DNA of 45,249 nucleotides from a virus (Duplodnaviria; Caudoviricetes), in IMG/VR virus record IMGVR_UViG_3300022936_000003, positions 1 through 45,249 of that record; one strand, 5' to 3'. The notes beneath the pieces are model-generated. The model did no database searches, had not been told where the DNA came from, and was given only the letters and a program-made list of their open reading frames with translations. The position numbers were made by a program, and so were the translations under genes. Positions 7,707-16,990 of the stretch are shown here, piece by piece (the first letter of the stretch is position 1; the number at the start of each line of letters is the position of its first letter).

Positions 7707-9056
7707 TCAACCGAACAGCGGCAAATCCGCCCCGGCCGCCGCCGCGTGCTTTTCGGGCGTGTCCAGCTTCGCCAGCTCCAGGGTCGTCAGCCGCCCCTCG
7801 CCGCGGGCCCAAGCCAGCTTCCGCATGATGTCCGCCACGTAGTCGTCCTCGCGCTCGATCAGGACCGCGCCGAACCCGCCGCGCATGGCGCCGACGCCCG
7901 TCGTTCCCGATCCGGCGAAGGGGTCCAGCGTCAGGCCACCGGGCGGCGTTACGAGGCGGACCAGATAGGCCATCAGATCGACCGGCTTAACGGTCGGATG
8001 CTTTGAGCCCAGACGGTCTTCGGCGGCGGCCTTGGCGCTATAGAAGAAACGGGCGGCTGACCCGCCTCCGTCTTCCGGCCACGCCCCCTCCTTTTCTGGC
8101 GAACCAATCGAGCCGCGATCATGCCATGACGACCCGCCTCGCATCCCTGTTCGTGCTGGCTTAGGCGCCCCAGTCTCAGGAAACGCCCCCGTCACTTCCT
8201 CGCTTCCGTCGTGGATGACGTTGGCGGGCCAGCGGCCGGCAGGCATCGAAGATGCGCTGTCGGGCAGTTCGTAACTGGTCCCGTTGCCCGCGATGCCGCC
8301 ACCATGACGCGACCTTCCCTCGGCTGCGTCAGCCCCCGCTATCCGGCTCGCGTCGATGTTAAGCGCCCCGGTTCCATGCTGAAGGACATTGGCGGCAACG
8401 GTTCCGGCTAGGGGCTTCCGCGCCAGCACGACCGGCTCCAGCGCGGGTTTCAGAGCGGTGCCCCAGCCTTGCCATTGACGGGCGGCGTCGGTGATCGGTT
8501 GCGGCGCGACGTAATCGGGATGATCCGAGCGAAGCTCGCGGTTCTGGTTCAGGCCGACGTTCTGGCCCGCGACGTTAAACCCTGCGCCCCGATGGCCCAT
8601 CGCCCCCGCCGCCTTGTCGATTCCCTTGCTGACGTCGTGCGACTTCGGGAATCCGCTCCCGTAGAGCCAAGCCACCATGTCGCGGATTTCGAAGCCCGCG
8701 TCCTCAATGGCGACGGCAAGGCGGTGATAAGTCCGAGTCCCGCTGAACGCGATAACGTGGCCGCCCGGCTTCAAGACGCGCATCACTTCAGCCCAGAAGG
8801 TGACGGCAAAGGCGGTTTCGCCAGTGTCCCACTTCTGGCCCATGAAACCGGCCGAAGCCCGCGCATAGGCCCCCGACGCGCCGACCTGGGCTGGGGCCGC
8901 GTTCTCGGCGCCAAACCGTTTCGTGATGCTGACCAGCGCATAGGGCGGGTCACAGACCACGGAGTCGAAATGGCCATCTGGGAAGCCCTTCAACACGTCC
9001 CGGCTGTCACCGTGGAAAACCCGGATGCGGTCGGTCTCTTGCGTCAGTTCAGTCAA
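7707..9056 (-). CDS. DNA N6-adenine/N4-cytosine methyltransferase (beta class)
   Basis: CDPPY catalytic motif, HPTVKP, LDPFAGSGTT SAM motif. Confidence 0.92.
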   Translation of the reverse strand: MTELTQETDRIRVFHGDSRDVLKGFPDGHFDSVVCDPPYALVSITKRFGAENAAPAQVGASGAYARASAGFMGQKWDTGETAFAVTFWAEVMRVLKPGGHVIAFSGTRTYHRLAVAIEDAGFEIRDMVAWLYGSGFPKSHDVSKGIDKAAGAMGHRGAGFNVAGQNVGLNQNRELRSDHPDYVAPQPITDAARQWQGWGTALKPALEPVVLARKPLAGTVAANVLQHGTGALNIDASRIAGADAAEGRSRHGGGIAGNGTSYELPDSASSMPAGRWPANVIHDGSEEVTGAFPETGAPKPARTGMRGGSSWHDRGSIGSPEKEGAWPEDGGGSAARFFYSAKAAAEDRLGSKHPTVKPVDLMAYLVRLVTPPGGLTLDPFAGSGTTGVGAMRGGFGAVLIEREDDYVADIMRKLAWARGEGRLTTLELAKLDTPEKHAAAAGADLPLFG

Positions 9057-9564
9057 GGTCAGCCCCTATCAGCCGCCGGTCCCACTCGGGCCAGAGGTCA
9101 GGTGAATGGTGACGGATGCCGCACAGGAAAGCCCCACAGGCGTCCGACTCGTCTTTGTTCTTAGGCTTCATGCCGGCGCGGCGAACCGCAGCCATTACGG
9201 CGCCCTTCTCGGCCTTGCCCGACCCGGCCACGCGCAGCTTGATCGTGACAGGGTAGACCTTCGTGATCGGGATGCGCTTCTCGACGCACTCCATTTCGAG
9301 GACGCCGGGCAAAGCGTGCAGCTTGGTCGTGACCTCGGGTGTCTGATTCGGCATCGACACCGGGGCCTCATAGACGACCCAAGCGGGCCGGAAACGGGCC
9401 AGCAGCAGCCGATAATAGTCCCGCGCCTCTAGCAGATACCGGCCCACGTCCTGCCCAGTAGCCGACAGCCTGAAGCTATCGACCACCGGGAGGCGTGTTC
9501 CGTCGCCAGCGCACCACCCGACTTGTGTCGCGAGGTCGAACCCGATGCCGACAGGACGGGTCAC
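9049..9564 (-). CDS. RuvC-like Holliday junction resolvase
   Basis: GIGFDLAT...VVYEAP...IKLRVAGSGKAEK...DESDACG; GTG start at 9564. Confidence 0.85.
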   Translation of the reverse strand: MTRPVGIGFDLATQVGWCAGDGTRLPVVDSFRLSATGQDVGRYLLEARDYYRLLLARFRPAWVVYEAPVSMPNQTPEVTTKLHALPGVLEMECVEKRIPITKVYPVTIKLRVAGSGKAEKGAVMAAVRRAGMKPKNKDESDACGAFLCGIRHHSPDLWPEWDRRLIGADLD

Positions 9565-9698
9565 AGGGCCAGTCGCGCGCCGATGGTCAGGCACAGCAAC
9601 GCGCCGCCCCTGAACCACCACCGCTTGCGGGGATACTCGCCCGCATATTCCGCGAAGGCCATCGACACGGCCATCAGCATCAGGCCCACGAACGTCAC
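9561..9698 (-). CDS. small membrane protein
   Basis: MTFVGLMLMAVSMAFAEYAGEYPRKRWWFRGGALLCLTIGARLAL; GTGA overlaps at both ends. Confidence 0.55.
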   Translation of the reverse strand: MTFVGLMLMAVSMAFAEYAGEYPRKRWWFRGGALLCLTIGARLAL

Positions 9699-9928
9699 GC
9701 GAAGGCGTCCGCATCAGACGGCGGGGCCTTGGGCTTAGGCTTGGCCCCCGCGAGGTGGCGGTCCAGTTCGCCCAGCAGCCCCGTGAACAGCGCCGCCTTG
9801 GTCCCTGTCGGGGGCGATGCCTGCCACCCGACGAGGGACTGACGAACGCGACCGTTGAGGGTTTCGCGGTCCTCCCGGTCCAGCCGGTTTTTGAACCACG
9901 TCCGAAAACCCAGGTCGGGGGAGGCCAT
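9695..9928 (-). CDS. hypothetical protein
   Basis: ORF coupled (TGATG) to the upstream gene. Confidence 0.65.
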   Translation of the reverse strand: MASPDLGFRTWFKNRLDREDRETLNGRVRQSLVGWQASPPTGTKAALFTGLLGELDRHLAGAKPKPKAPPSDADAFA

Positions 9929-10788
9929 CAGCCGAACGCCGCCGCGTCGTCGGCGCCGACTTCCTCGATGTCCGACAGACCGGCTTCGTCCGACCCGTCA
10001 TCGAGATAGTCGCCGTCTTTGAGGAACCGCTGGCGATTGCCGAACCTGACGAGGACGCGAGCGAAGTTGCCGATGCTTTCGCGCAGGGCCACGTCATCGA
10101 CCAGCGTCGCCATGCTGGCGTCTTCCAAGGCAGTGTCAGGCTCGAAATGCTCCTCAGTCAGGATGTAAGGCAGCGGGGCAGCGTCCGAGACGGGCGCAGG
10201 GGCCTTTTTCCCGGCCTTGGGGGCGGTCGCCAAGGCGCGGGCTTCCATCACCCGATCATAGCCCTTGAAGTAGGCCTGATGACGCTCGGGCGGGCATTCC
10301 TTCGGCGGGTCGCGGTCGGCCGCCATGACGCCGGCCGTATAGCCTCGGGCTTCCCAGTCCACTTCTTCCACGGCACCGGTCGGCATCCCGTCGAAGGCGT
10401 TCAGATAGTCGGCGCGGGCGAGGCCGAAGACATCGCGGATGAAGTCGCGGGCCTTTTCCTTCTCGGCCATGTCGGTGCGGCTGTTGTCGGCGTCGGCCAT
10501 CGCTTCCTTGATGAGCGAGGCGGGCAGACCGGCGGCGCCCAGCTTGCCCGTGATGGCCTTCCGGTCGGCGCGGAGGATTTTCACCTTGGACATTGCGGTG
10601 TCGATGCGCTCGTCCAGTTCCCGCAGTTCAGCGACGCCGCGCAGGAGGGTGGACCGCAGGACTTCTTCCGGCGGCGCGTTCGGGATGGGCTCGCCGGTCG
10701 CAACCGTCGTACTGTTCGGCTTCATCGCCACCACGTTGCTCTTGGGCTTCTTCGGGGCTTTCTTTTCAGCCCCCAGGGTCTCGGCCAT
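9928..10788 (-). CDS. GapR-like (DUF2312-like) DNA-binding domain plus RMF-like motif protein
   Basis: coiled-coil ELRELDERID...DRKAITGKLGAAGLPASLIKEAM, then WEARGYTAG...CPPERHQAYFKGYD; ATG 10788 with GGAG SD. Confidence 0.6.
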   Translation of the reverse strand: MAETLGAEKKAPKKPKSNVVAMKPNSTTVATGEPIPNAPPEEVLRSTLLRGVAELRELDERIDTAMSKVKILRADRKAITGKLGAAGLPASLIKEAMADADNSRTDMAEKEKARDFIRDVFGLARADYLNAFDGMPTGAVEEVDWEARGYTAGVMAADRDPPKECPPERHQAYFKGYDRVMEARALATAPKAGKKAPAPVSDAAPLPYILTEEHFEPDTALEDASMATLVDDVALRESIGNFARVLVRFGNRQRFLKDGDYLDDGSDEAGLSDIEEVGADDAAAFG

Positions 10789-10870
10789 ATGCTGGCTCCA
10801 TAGGTTCGGCTGATCTGGATTTGGCGCGGTCAGCCCGTCCGCAGAACCGTTGTGGCATACCCGAAAATAA

Positions 10871-10903
10871 ATGTATACATCGGTGGCGATATGATGTTTA
10901 CAT
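10871..10903. promoter_or_regulatory. operator pair (ATGTATACAT 10871-10880, ATGTTTACAT 10894-10903) in the divergent early control region
   Basis: 23-bp spacing; lies between the leftward replication and rightward recombination units. Confidence 0.85.
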
Positions 10904-10949
10904 TCACTCACCGGGAGCGGAAACCCCGGCAACGGAAAGGCTGAAGACC

Positions 10950-11132
10950 ATGAAAATCCCCGCCGACATTCTGGAAGTCGCCGCCGCTAAGGGCCTCGAC
11001 ATCGAATATCGCGCCCTGACCTATGTCAAAGGTTGGCCCACGAAATCCAGCAAGCCGTTCCTTTTGCGCCGCAATGGCCGCACGACGGCTTTTGCGTCGG
11101 CGGGTTCGCTTCGGAAGGCGGTCGAGGCCTGA
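10950..11132 (+). CDS. small basic hypothetical protein
   Basis: MKIPADILEVAAAKGLDIEYR...; first gene after the operators. Confidence 0.7.
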   Translation: MKIPADILEVAAAKGLDIEYRALTYVKGWPTKSSKPFLLRRNGRTTAFASAGSLRKAVEA

Positions 11133-11281
11133 TGAATACCGAAGACGACTGGAAGCGCGAACGCGACCTAGAGAGCCCTTGCCGTCGCTGTGACGGGCGC
11201 GGCTGGGTCATTGATCGGAACGCCCCATCGGGCGGCTCCCCATGCGGCTGTGACGAACCGACCGAAGATGAGGAAGCCTGA
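11132..11281 (+). CDS. small zinc-finger protein
   Basis: CRRCDGRG...CGC; TGATG coupling. Confidence 0.6.
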   Translation: MNTEDDWKRERDLESPCRRCDGRGWVIDRNAPSGGSPCGCDEPTEDEEA

Positions 11282-11442
11282 TGGAAGCCCCGCCCCTGAT
11301 CCCCGACGACCGCGCCGACAAGGTGCTGGACCAATGCCCGACGTTTGAAAGCCGCAGGACCGCCGGGAAGTGGCGGACGGCGGACATGCTCGGGGCCGTG
11401 GCGATGGCGCTGCTGGCGGTCGCGGCGGCGGTGCTGCTGTGA
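11281..11442 (+). CDS. small protein with C-terminal transmembrane helix
   Basis: MEAPPLIPDD...MLGAVAMALLAVAAAVLL; coupled at both ends. Confidence 0.55.
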   Translation: MEAPPLIPDDRADKVLDQCPTFESRRTAGKWRTADMLGAVAMALLAVAAAVLL

Positions 11443-12182
11443 AGCCGCTTCTGGTCGATCTGTTTTGCGGCGAAGGCGGCGCGGCCGAGGGCTATCGCCG
11501 GGCCGGCTTCCGCGTGATCGGCGTTGACTTGGGCAACCATCGGCGCCGGTTTCAGTCGGGGGCCTTCATCCAAGCCGACGTTTTCGAAGAAGCATCAGTC
11601 GAGGCCCTGGTCCGGTTGGCCGACGCCGTTCACGCCTCGCCGCCCTGTCAGTTCGGAAGCGAGTTGACGCCCGCCGGCGCCCGCGACCGACACCTGAACC
11701 TCATCCCGCCGACGCGCTCGATGTGCGAGCGCAGCGGGAAGCCTTACATCATCGAGAACGTGCGCGCTGTCCGCGACCATCTGGTCAATCCGGTGTCGCT
11801 GTTCGGGACCATGTTCGGCAACGGCATGGTGACGGAAGGCCAGCAGGCTTTCGTTCTTTCCCGAGAACGTCTGTTCGAAACGAACTGGGGCCTCACGGCG
11901 CCGCACGATCCAGGGACACGCGGCTGGCCCATCGCCAACGTCTATGGCGGCCACCTACGCGCCCGTAGCGGCGAGTTTCGCACCGGCAAGGGAACGGGCC
12001 GCACGGTTGATTTCCCAGGCGAGGACAGGGCCGCGCTTGCCCGCCAGCTTATGGGGATGCCTTGGGCCACCATGAACGGGATGAGCGAGGCCGTTCCCCC
12101 GTCTTATGCCGAATACATCGGCCGCCAGTTGATGGCGCACCTCACGACCGCTCCTGACGCCCCCGCTGTTTACAAAGGCTGA
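11439..12182 (+). CDS. DNA cytosine-C5 methyltransferase (short phage type)
   Basis: DLFCGEGG motif I, HASPPCQ motif IV, IIENV motif VI. Confidence 0.9.
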   Translation: MKPLLVDLFCGEGGAAEGYRRAGFRVIGVDLGNHRRRFQSGAFIQADVFEEASVEALVRLADAVHASPPCQFGSELTPAGARDRHLNLIPPTRSMCERSGKPYIIENVRAVRDHLVNPVSLFGTMFGNGMVTEGQQAFVLSRERLFETNWGLTAPHDPGTRGWPIANVYGGHLRARSGEFRTGKGTGRTVDFPGEDRAALARQLMGMPWATMNGMSEAVPPSYAEYIGRQLMAHLTTAPDAPAVYKG

Positions 12183-12183
12183 C

Positions 12184-12528
12184 ATGACCGACCACCCAGA
12201 CGCCGCAATCCTAGAAGCCCTGCGCCCTCAGTTCGCGGACACAAACCTCTATCGGGAGAGAGAGGCCCGCGCACTGGACACGGCCATCGCCGCCATCCGC
12301 GCGCTGCAAGCCCTGCGGCCGCACCACCCCCGCGCCGTCGTGGGCAACCGCTACGCCCTGATAGCTGTCGGCCATGACGAACTGGTCGCGGCCCAGGAAG
12401 TCGTCGGCCGGGAGCATGACCTGGGCCGGTTCGACCTAGAGGCGGCGGTGGCGGACGTGCAGCGGGCGCGGGAGGATTACTACGCGGACGACCCGGAAAT
12501 GGCCCGCGAGAAATGGGGCGGACGCTGA
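12184..12528 (+). CDS. hypothetical protein
   Basis: 114-aa ORF in the operon. Confidence 0.7.
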   Translation: MTDHPDAAILEALRPQFADTNLYREREARALDTAIAAIRALQALRPHHPRAVVGNRYALIAVGHDELVAAQEVVGREHDLGRFDLEAAVADVQRAREDYYADDPEMAREKWGGR

Positions 12529-13475
12529 TGTTGGTCAGAGCCTTCAACGGGAAAAAGATCAGCCAGCCGGGCGTCTATCGCGGCATACCAATGTCGTTTT
12601 ACCATGGCGACCTCACGGTCAAGCCCAGCCTATCGTCATCCGGCATCCGCACGATTTTCAGCAAGAGCCCGGCACACTACTACGCCGCCAGCTATCTGAA
12701 CCCCGACGCCGAACCGATGAAACAGACGGAGCCGCTGCTGTTCGGCCGGGCCGCGCACCACCTCCTGTTAGGGGAAGAGGACTTCCGCGCCCACTTCGCC
12801 GTCCGCCCTGACGAATACCGGGACGAGGAGGGCAAGAAGAAGCCTTGGAACGGCAATGCCGGGACTTGCCGGGCGTGGCTTAAGGAAGCCGCCGCCGCTG
12901 GTCTGGACGTGATCAAGACGGAACAGCTTGTCCGCATCCGGGGCATGGCCGAGGCGCTGAAGCGCGAACCCCTGATCCGCGCGGGCATCCTGAACGGGCG
13001 CATCGAACATTCCATGGTCTGGCGCGACGAGGAGACGGGCGTCTGGCTGAAGGTTCGCCCCGACGCCATCCCAGCCGCCGACATGGCCTTCGCGGACCTG
13101 AAGACAATCGAGGACATCACCGACGACGGCATCGAGCGGGCCATTGCGGACCACGATTTGCACGTCCAAGGCGCCCTTGTCGGGATGGCTTGCCGCGCCG
13201 TGCTGGGCCGCGAGATGGCGTCGTTCTCCCTCGTGTTCAGCGAAAAGTCCGCCCCCTACTGCGTCCGCGTCGTGGAAATCAGCGGCGCCGACCTTGAACT
13301 GGGCGAACAACAAATCCGCGCCGTCCTGCCCATCTTCGCCAAGGCGTGCGAAACCGGCGTTTGGCATGGCCCAGGCGGCGGCCAGCAGGACGCCACCTAT
13401 TTCCCCGTTCGGCCTTACAGGGTGAAGCAAATCGAACGTCGACTCGAACTGCTGGCGCTGGAGGCAAGCCTGTGA
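12528..13475 (+). CDS. RecE/exonuclease VIII-like PD-(D/E)xK nuclease
   Basis: LSSSG...SPAHY, FGRAAHHLLLGE, EHSMVWRDEETGVWLKVRPD, ADLKT. Confidence 0.88.
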   Translation: MLVRAFNGKKISQPGVYRGIPMSFYHGDLTVKPSLSSSGIRTIFSKSPAHYYAASYLNPDAEPMKQTEPLLFGRAAHHLLLGEEDFRAHFAVRPDEYRDEEGKKKPWNGNAGTCRAWLKEAAAAGLDVIKTEQLVRIRGMAEALKREPLIRAGILNGRIEHSMVWRDEETGVWLKVRPDAIPAADMAFADLKTIEDITDDGIERAIADHDLHVQGALVGMACRAVLGREMASFSLVFSEKSAPYCVRVVEISGADLELGEQQIRAVLPIFAKACETGVWHGPGGGQQDATYFPVRPYRVKQIERRLELLALEASL

Positions 13476-13759
13476 CGGACAAGCCCCTGCGCCTAACGCG
13501 CTATAACCCGAACAAGCCGCACCGGAAGATGAGCAAGGCCCAGGAGGCGGCCCAGCGGCGGACGTGGCGCATCATTCAACTGCGCTCGCAATGGGTGCTG
13601 TCATGGCAAGTCCGCACGACGTGGCGCCGCGCGCTTGTCCGCTGGCTGATAGACGACGAACTTCGGAGCATGGGCGCCGAGCCTCACGGCAAACGCATCA
13701 AGCGCCAAGAGGCCGAACGCGAGGCCGAGGACCGTCGCGATTACGAACTGCCCTTCTGA
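13472..13759 (+). CDS. basic hypothetical protein
   Basis: GTG 13472 overlaps the upstream stop. Confidence 0.6.
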   Translation: MTDKPLRLTRYNPNKPHRKMSKAQEAAQRRTWRIIQLRSQWVLSWQVRTTWRRALVRWLIDDELRSMGAEPHGKRIKRQEAEREAEDRRDYELPF

Positions 13760-13792
13760 AAACACGCATCATTTCCCGAGGAAAAAAGAGAC

Positions 13793-15412
13793 ATGACCGA
13801 TCAATTGCCCGCCACCCAAGCCGAACGCCCCCGCCCCGCCATGACCGTAGGCGGCAACGTCGGCGCCCTAATCCCGCAGGACATCGAACAGGCCTTCCGC
13901 ATCGCCCAGGCCCTCGCCCACAGCGGCATGACGCCGAACGGCTTCAAGACGCCCGAGACGTGCTTCGTCGCCATTATGGCCGGCGCGGAACTGGGCCTGC
14001 CGCCGTTCCAGTCTCTTCAGTCGTTCGCCATCATCAACGGGCGCCCGACCCTTTACGGCGCGGCGCTGATGGCTGTGATCCGCACGAACGGTTTCAAGCT
14101 TCGGGAATGGTATGAGGGCGAGGGCGACGACCTGACGGCCTTCTGCGAAGTCACGCGCCCCGACAACGGCGATGTGAACGAAGCTTCCTACAGCGTGGCC
14201 GACGCGAAGACCGCCAAACTCTGGGGTAAGGCCGGGCCGTGGGTCACGAACTGGAAGCGGATGCTGCAATGGCGCGCTCGCGGGTTCGCTTTCACCGATG
14301 GCGCCGCTGACGTGCTGAAGGGCCTGCAAATCCGCGAGGCCGTGGAAGGCGACGAACCCCTGCCGTCCGAGGAACCCAAGCGCGCCGGGTCTGGCCTCCT
14401 CGCCAAACTGCAAGCGAACGAAACGCTGGCGACCGAAGGATTCGGCATCCGTGACGTTGCTGAGGAAGCCGGGGAAGCCGCGCCCGCGCCAGAACCCAAG
14501 CCAAAGCGGGGCCGCCCTGCCAAGGCGAAACCCATCGCGGACGAAATGCTGGACGCCATTGCGGAGGCTGAACCGGAAATCGTGCAGCAGGTTGTCGCGG
14601 ACCATGGCCAAACGCCCGGCGATCGCATGACAGAGCAGATGCAGAACCCGCCCGAGGGCTTCGTCTATGTCTCGGGCGATCAGGCCGCGCCCAAGGCCCC
14701 GGAGACGCCCGCTGACGCCCAAGTCGGTGCGGAGGCCACAACGGACGCCTCGGCCGCTATCGACGGCCCAGCGCCCGCCGACACGGTCTATTTCATGGCC
14801 GATGACGAGATCTATCCGTCAGGCCGCCGCGCCGTCTATTTCAACGGCCTTCCGAACGGGGTTGTCGAGGCGACGGATGACCACCCGATCCACACACAGC
14901 ACGCGCCCGCGAAGGCCAAGGAGGTCGTTCAGACCGACACCCCCACGGATTCGCAATTGCCGGAAACGACGGCAATTGAACCCGAAAGCGCCGCCACGAC
15001 TGACGATCAGGTAGGATTCGATGACGTCGGCACTACCGACGCCACGGACGGCCCCTTCGCCATCTTTGACGAACAGGCCCGCAACGCCAAAGACTGGCCC
15101 GAACTGTCCGCCGCCCTGACGGCCCTGTCCCGCTCGCCGGAATGGAAGACGGACGCCGAGGCCAAGCGGTCGGCACGGGTCAAGGCCTGGGCCATCGTGA
15201 ACCGCTGGAATGAGGACGGCGCCAAGCTGGACCCCGCCAGCAGCCCGAACCTCCTGCAGATCGCCGTCACGGCTTGGGATGACCCCGAGATGATCCAGGG
15301 CCTTTACGCAACGGCGCAGACGATGCCGTGGCTGGCTGAAGCGGAAGAGGCGATGCAGACCAGCGTGTCGCGCTTCGTCATCGACCGGCTCGCTGAAATC
15401 AGGGGGGCGTGA
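13793..15412 (+). CDS. RecT-like single-strand annealing protein with long acidic C-terminal extension
   Basis: AIMAGAELGLPPFQSLQSFAIINGRPTLYG...DAKTAKLWGKAGPW...RMLQWRARGFA; follows the RecE-like gene. Confidence 0.8.
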   Translation: MTDQLPATQAERPRPAMTVGGNVGALIPQDIEQAFRIAQALAHSGMTPNGFKTPETCFVAIMAGAELGLPPFQSLQSFAIINGRPTLYGAALMAVIRTNGFKLREWYEGEGDDLTAFCEVTRPDNGDVNEASYSVADAKTAKLWGKAGPWVTNWKRMLQWRARGFAFTDGAADVLKGLQIREAVEGDEPLPSEEPKRAGSGLLAKLQANETLATEGFGIRDVAEEAGEAAPAPEPKPKRGRPAKAKPIADEMLDAIAEAEPEIVQQVVADHGQTPGDRMTEQMQNPPEGFVYVSGDQAAPKAPETPADAQVGAEATTDASAAIDGPAPADTVYFMADDEIYPSGRRAVYFNGLPNGVVEATDDHPIHTQHAPAKAKEVVQTDTPTDSQLPETTAIEPESAATTDDQVGFDDVGTTDATDGPFAIFDEQARNAKDWPELSAALTALSRSPEWKTDAEAKRSARVKAWAIVNRWNEDGAKLDPASSPNLLQIAVTAWDDPEMIQGLYATAQTMPWLAEAEEAMQTSVSRFVIDRLAEIRGA

Positions 15413-15579
15413 TGGACATCGTCTATATCGATTTTGGCTTTTCGCTATTGGCGGCTCTGTTGTGCGGCTTTTTCGCCCAACGAAAGGCATGGATAGGAGC
15501 TGCCGTGACGGGATGGTGGAGCGTGGTCTTTCTCCTCTTCGCCTTCCTACACCTGATCGGAATGAGGATGGGCCAATGA
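15412..15579 (+). CDS. small two-TM membrane protein
   Basis: MDIVYIDFGFSLLAALLCGFFAQRKAWIGAAVTGWWSVVFLLFAFLHLIGMRMGQ; coupled at both ends; lower GC. Confidence 0.65.
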   Translation: MDIVYIDFGFSLLAALLCGFFAQRKAWIGAAVTGWWSVVFLLFAFLHLIGMRMGQ

Positions 15580-15818
15580 CCTTCGAAACCCGCGCCCAGC
15601 TTGCCGACGCCGCCGTCTGGTCCGTGCTGACCGACCACGCCCGAAACCTCACGGACCCGAACGACATTCAGGCCGTGGTGGCGGGGGCCGTTACGGCGGT
15701 CACGCGGCTTGTCTTCCATACGATGGCCGAGCCCGGCGTCACTGAAACCGTCGAGGCCATCAGGGAAATGTCGTGCGTCGCGGCGGTCGCGATCAGCAAA
15801 GCCGCTAAGGCCGAGTAA
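15576..15818 (+). CDS. hypothetical helical protein
   Basis: ATG 15576 with GAGG SD; last rightward gene. Confidence 0.65.
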   Translation: MTFETRAQLADAAVWSVLTDHARNLTDPNDIQAVVAGAVTAVTRLVFHTMAEPGVTETVEAIREMSCVAAVAISKAAKAE

Positions 15819-16110
15819 TGCACCACTGGCGGGTCTGGCGAACGCGCTGGGCCTGCCGGTCTCCCCACAGGTCGCGGGCCACCTGGGCGCCTTCACGGGC
15901 GACGAACAAGGCCTCCCCTAGAGCGCCATAGACCGCGACATCGACCGCAAGCTGTTGAGCATCGGTCAGCGCCACGGCGGCGGGCTTTTCCTCGGGCTCT
16001 GCGGCGGCGCTAGGCGGGCAGGGATCGGGCGCCGCTTCCACAATAGGGACGGGCCGGTCACAGGCCGCCAGAACGCCGCACAGGGCCAGAAGGATCAGCG
16101 GGCGGCGCAT
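15805..16110 (-). CDS. o-spanin lipoprotein
   Basis: MRRPLILLALCGVLAAC lipobox; GGAGG SD; overlaps the end of the i-spanin gene. Confidence 0.8.
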   Translation of the reverse strand: MRRPLILLALCGVLAACDRPVPIVEAAPDPCPPSAAAEPEEKPAAVALTDAQQLAVDVAVYGALGEALFVAREGAQVARDLWGDRQAQRVRQTRQWCITRP

Positions 16111-16385
16111 ATCGCCCTCCCGACCGCAAGGCCGCGTGCGTAGCCCTCGCCGCCCTGCTGGGCGCATTGCACGACCTGGGCCTCGGCCTGACCGGCGGCA
16201 GTGTTGGCGAAAGAGGCGATGCGGTCGTCACGCTCCCGGATGGCTGTCTGGGCTAGGACCAGTTGCGCGTTGACCTGCCGGACCTCCGCATCCTTCCGGC
16301 CATTGGCCTTGAGCGACATGCCCAAAGCTATCACGAGACCGACGACCACGAAGGCCCCGATGAGTTTCAGATACAGCGTGTTCAT
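16095..16385 (-). CDS. i-spanin
   Basis: N-terminal TM followed by coiled coil; follows the endolysin. Confidence 0.75.
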   Translation of the reverse strand: MNTLYLKLIGAFVVVGLVIALGMSLKANGRKDAEVRQVNAQLVLAQTAIRERDDRIASFANTAAGQAEAQVVQCAQQGGEGYARGLAVGRAICAAR

Positions 16386-16990
16386 CGCGCCCAGTCTCCC
16401 GTCTTCTTGTGAAGCCATGAAAGGAACTCGCCCACCGTCTTGCCGCGCAGGATGGAGGGGTTTGCTTCGGTCGCGGCCGGGCCGGCGATTACGTCCGCCC
16501 GCGCGTTCACGTCAGCGCCAATGACTTTTGCAGCCGTCCCGGCGCCGAAGAAGTGGGCGGCGTAGAGCGAGGCCTTGTTGATCGGGATGCCCTTGGCTTT
16601 CAGCACGGCGGCGTTGCGGGCTGTGAAGGTTTTGGCGCGGGCCAGTTGCTCCTCTGGCGGCGGGCGCAGGCCCCCGAAAGCCGGGCGCTTCGTTGGACCC
16701 CACTTGCCGCCCTCGCCTTCCCAGGTCGATTGGATGAACTGGTAGAGGCCTGACGCGCTGGACGCGGTCGCCTGAACATAGGGCCGGTCGCCGCTTTCGA
16801 TCTTCGACAGCATGGGCCAATAGTCGGCGGGGAGGTCATCGGTAGCGATGGCGGGAACGATGTAACCCGCCCCCTTCGCGACCTCGCGCAGCTTGGCCTC
16901 CGTGTCTCGTCCAGCCCAACCATCTTCACGAAGGCCGAACGTGCGCTGGAACAAGCGGACGAAGTCGTCGTCGGTCATCGTGTCGGTCAT
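16382..16990 (-). CDS. endolysin (PG-binding N-terminus plus lysozyme/transglycosylase-like domain)
   Basis: FQRTFGLREDGWAGRDT PG-binding motif; IESG...SSASGLYQFIQSTW; LYAAHFFGAG. Confidence 0.88.
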   Translation of the reverse strand: MTDTMTDDDFVRLFQRTFGLREDGWAGRDTEAKLREVAKGAGYIVPAIATDDLPADYWPMLSKIESGDRPYVQATASSASGLYQFIQSTWEGEGGKWGPTKRPAFGGLRPPPEEQLARAKTFTARNAAVLKAKGIPINKASLYAAHFFGAGTAAKVIGADVNARADVIAGPAATEANPSILRGKTVGEFLSWLHKKTGDWAR

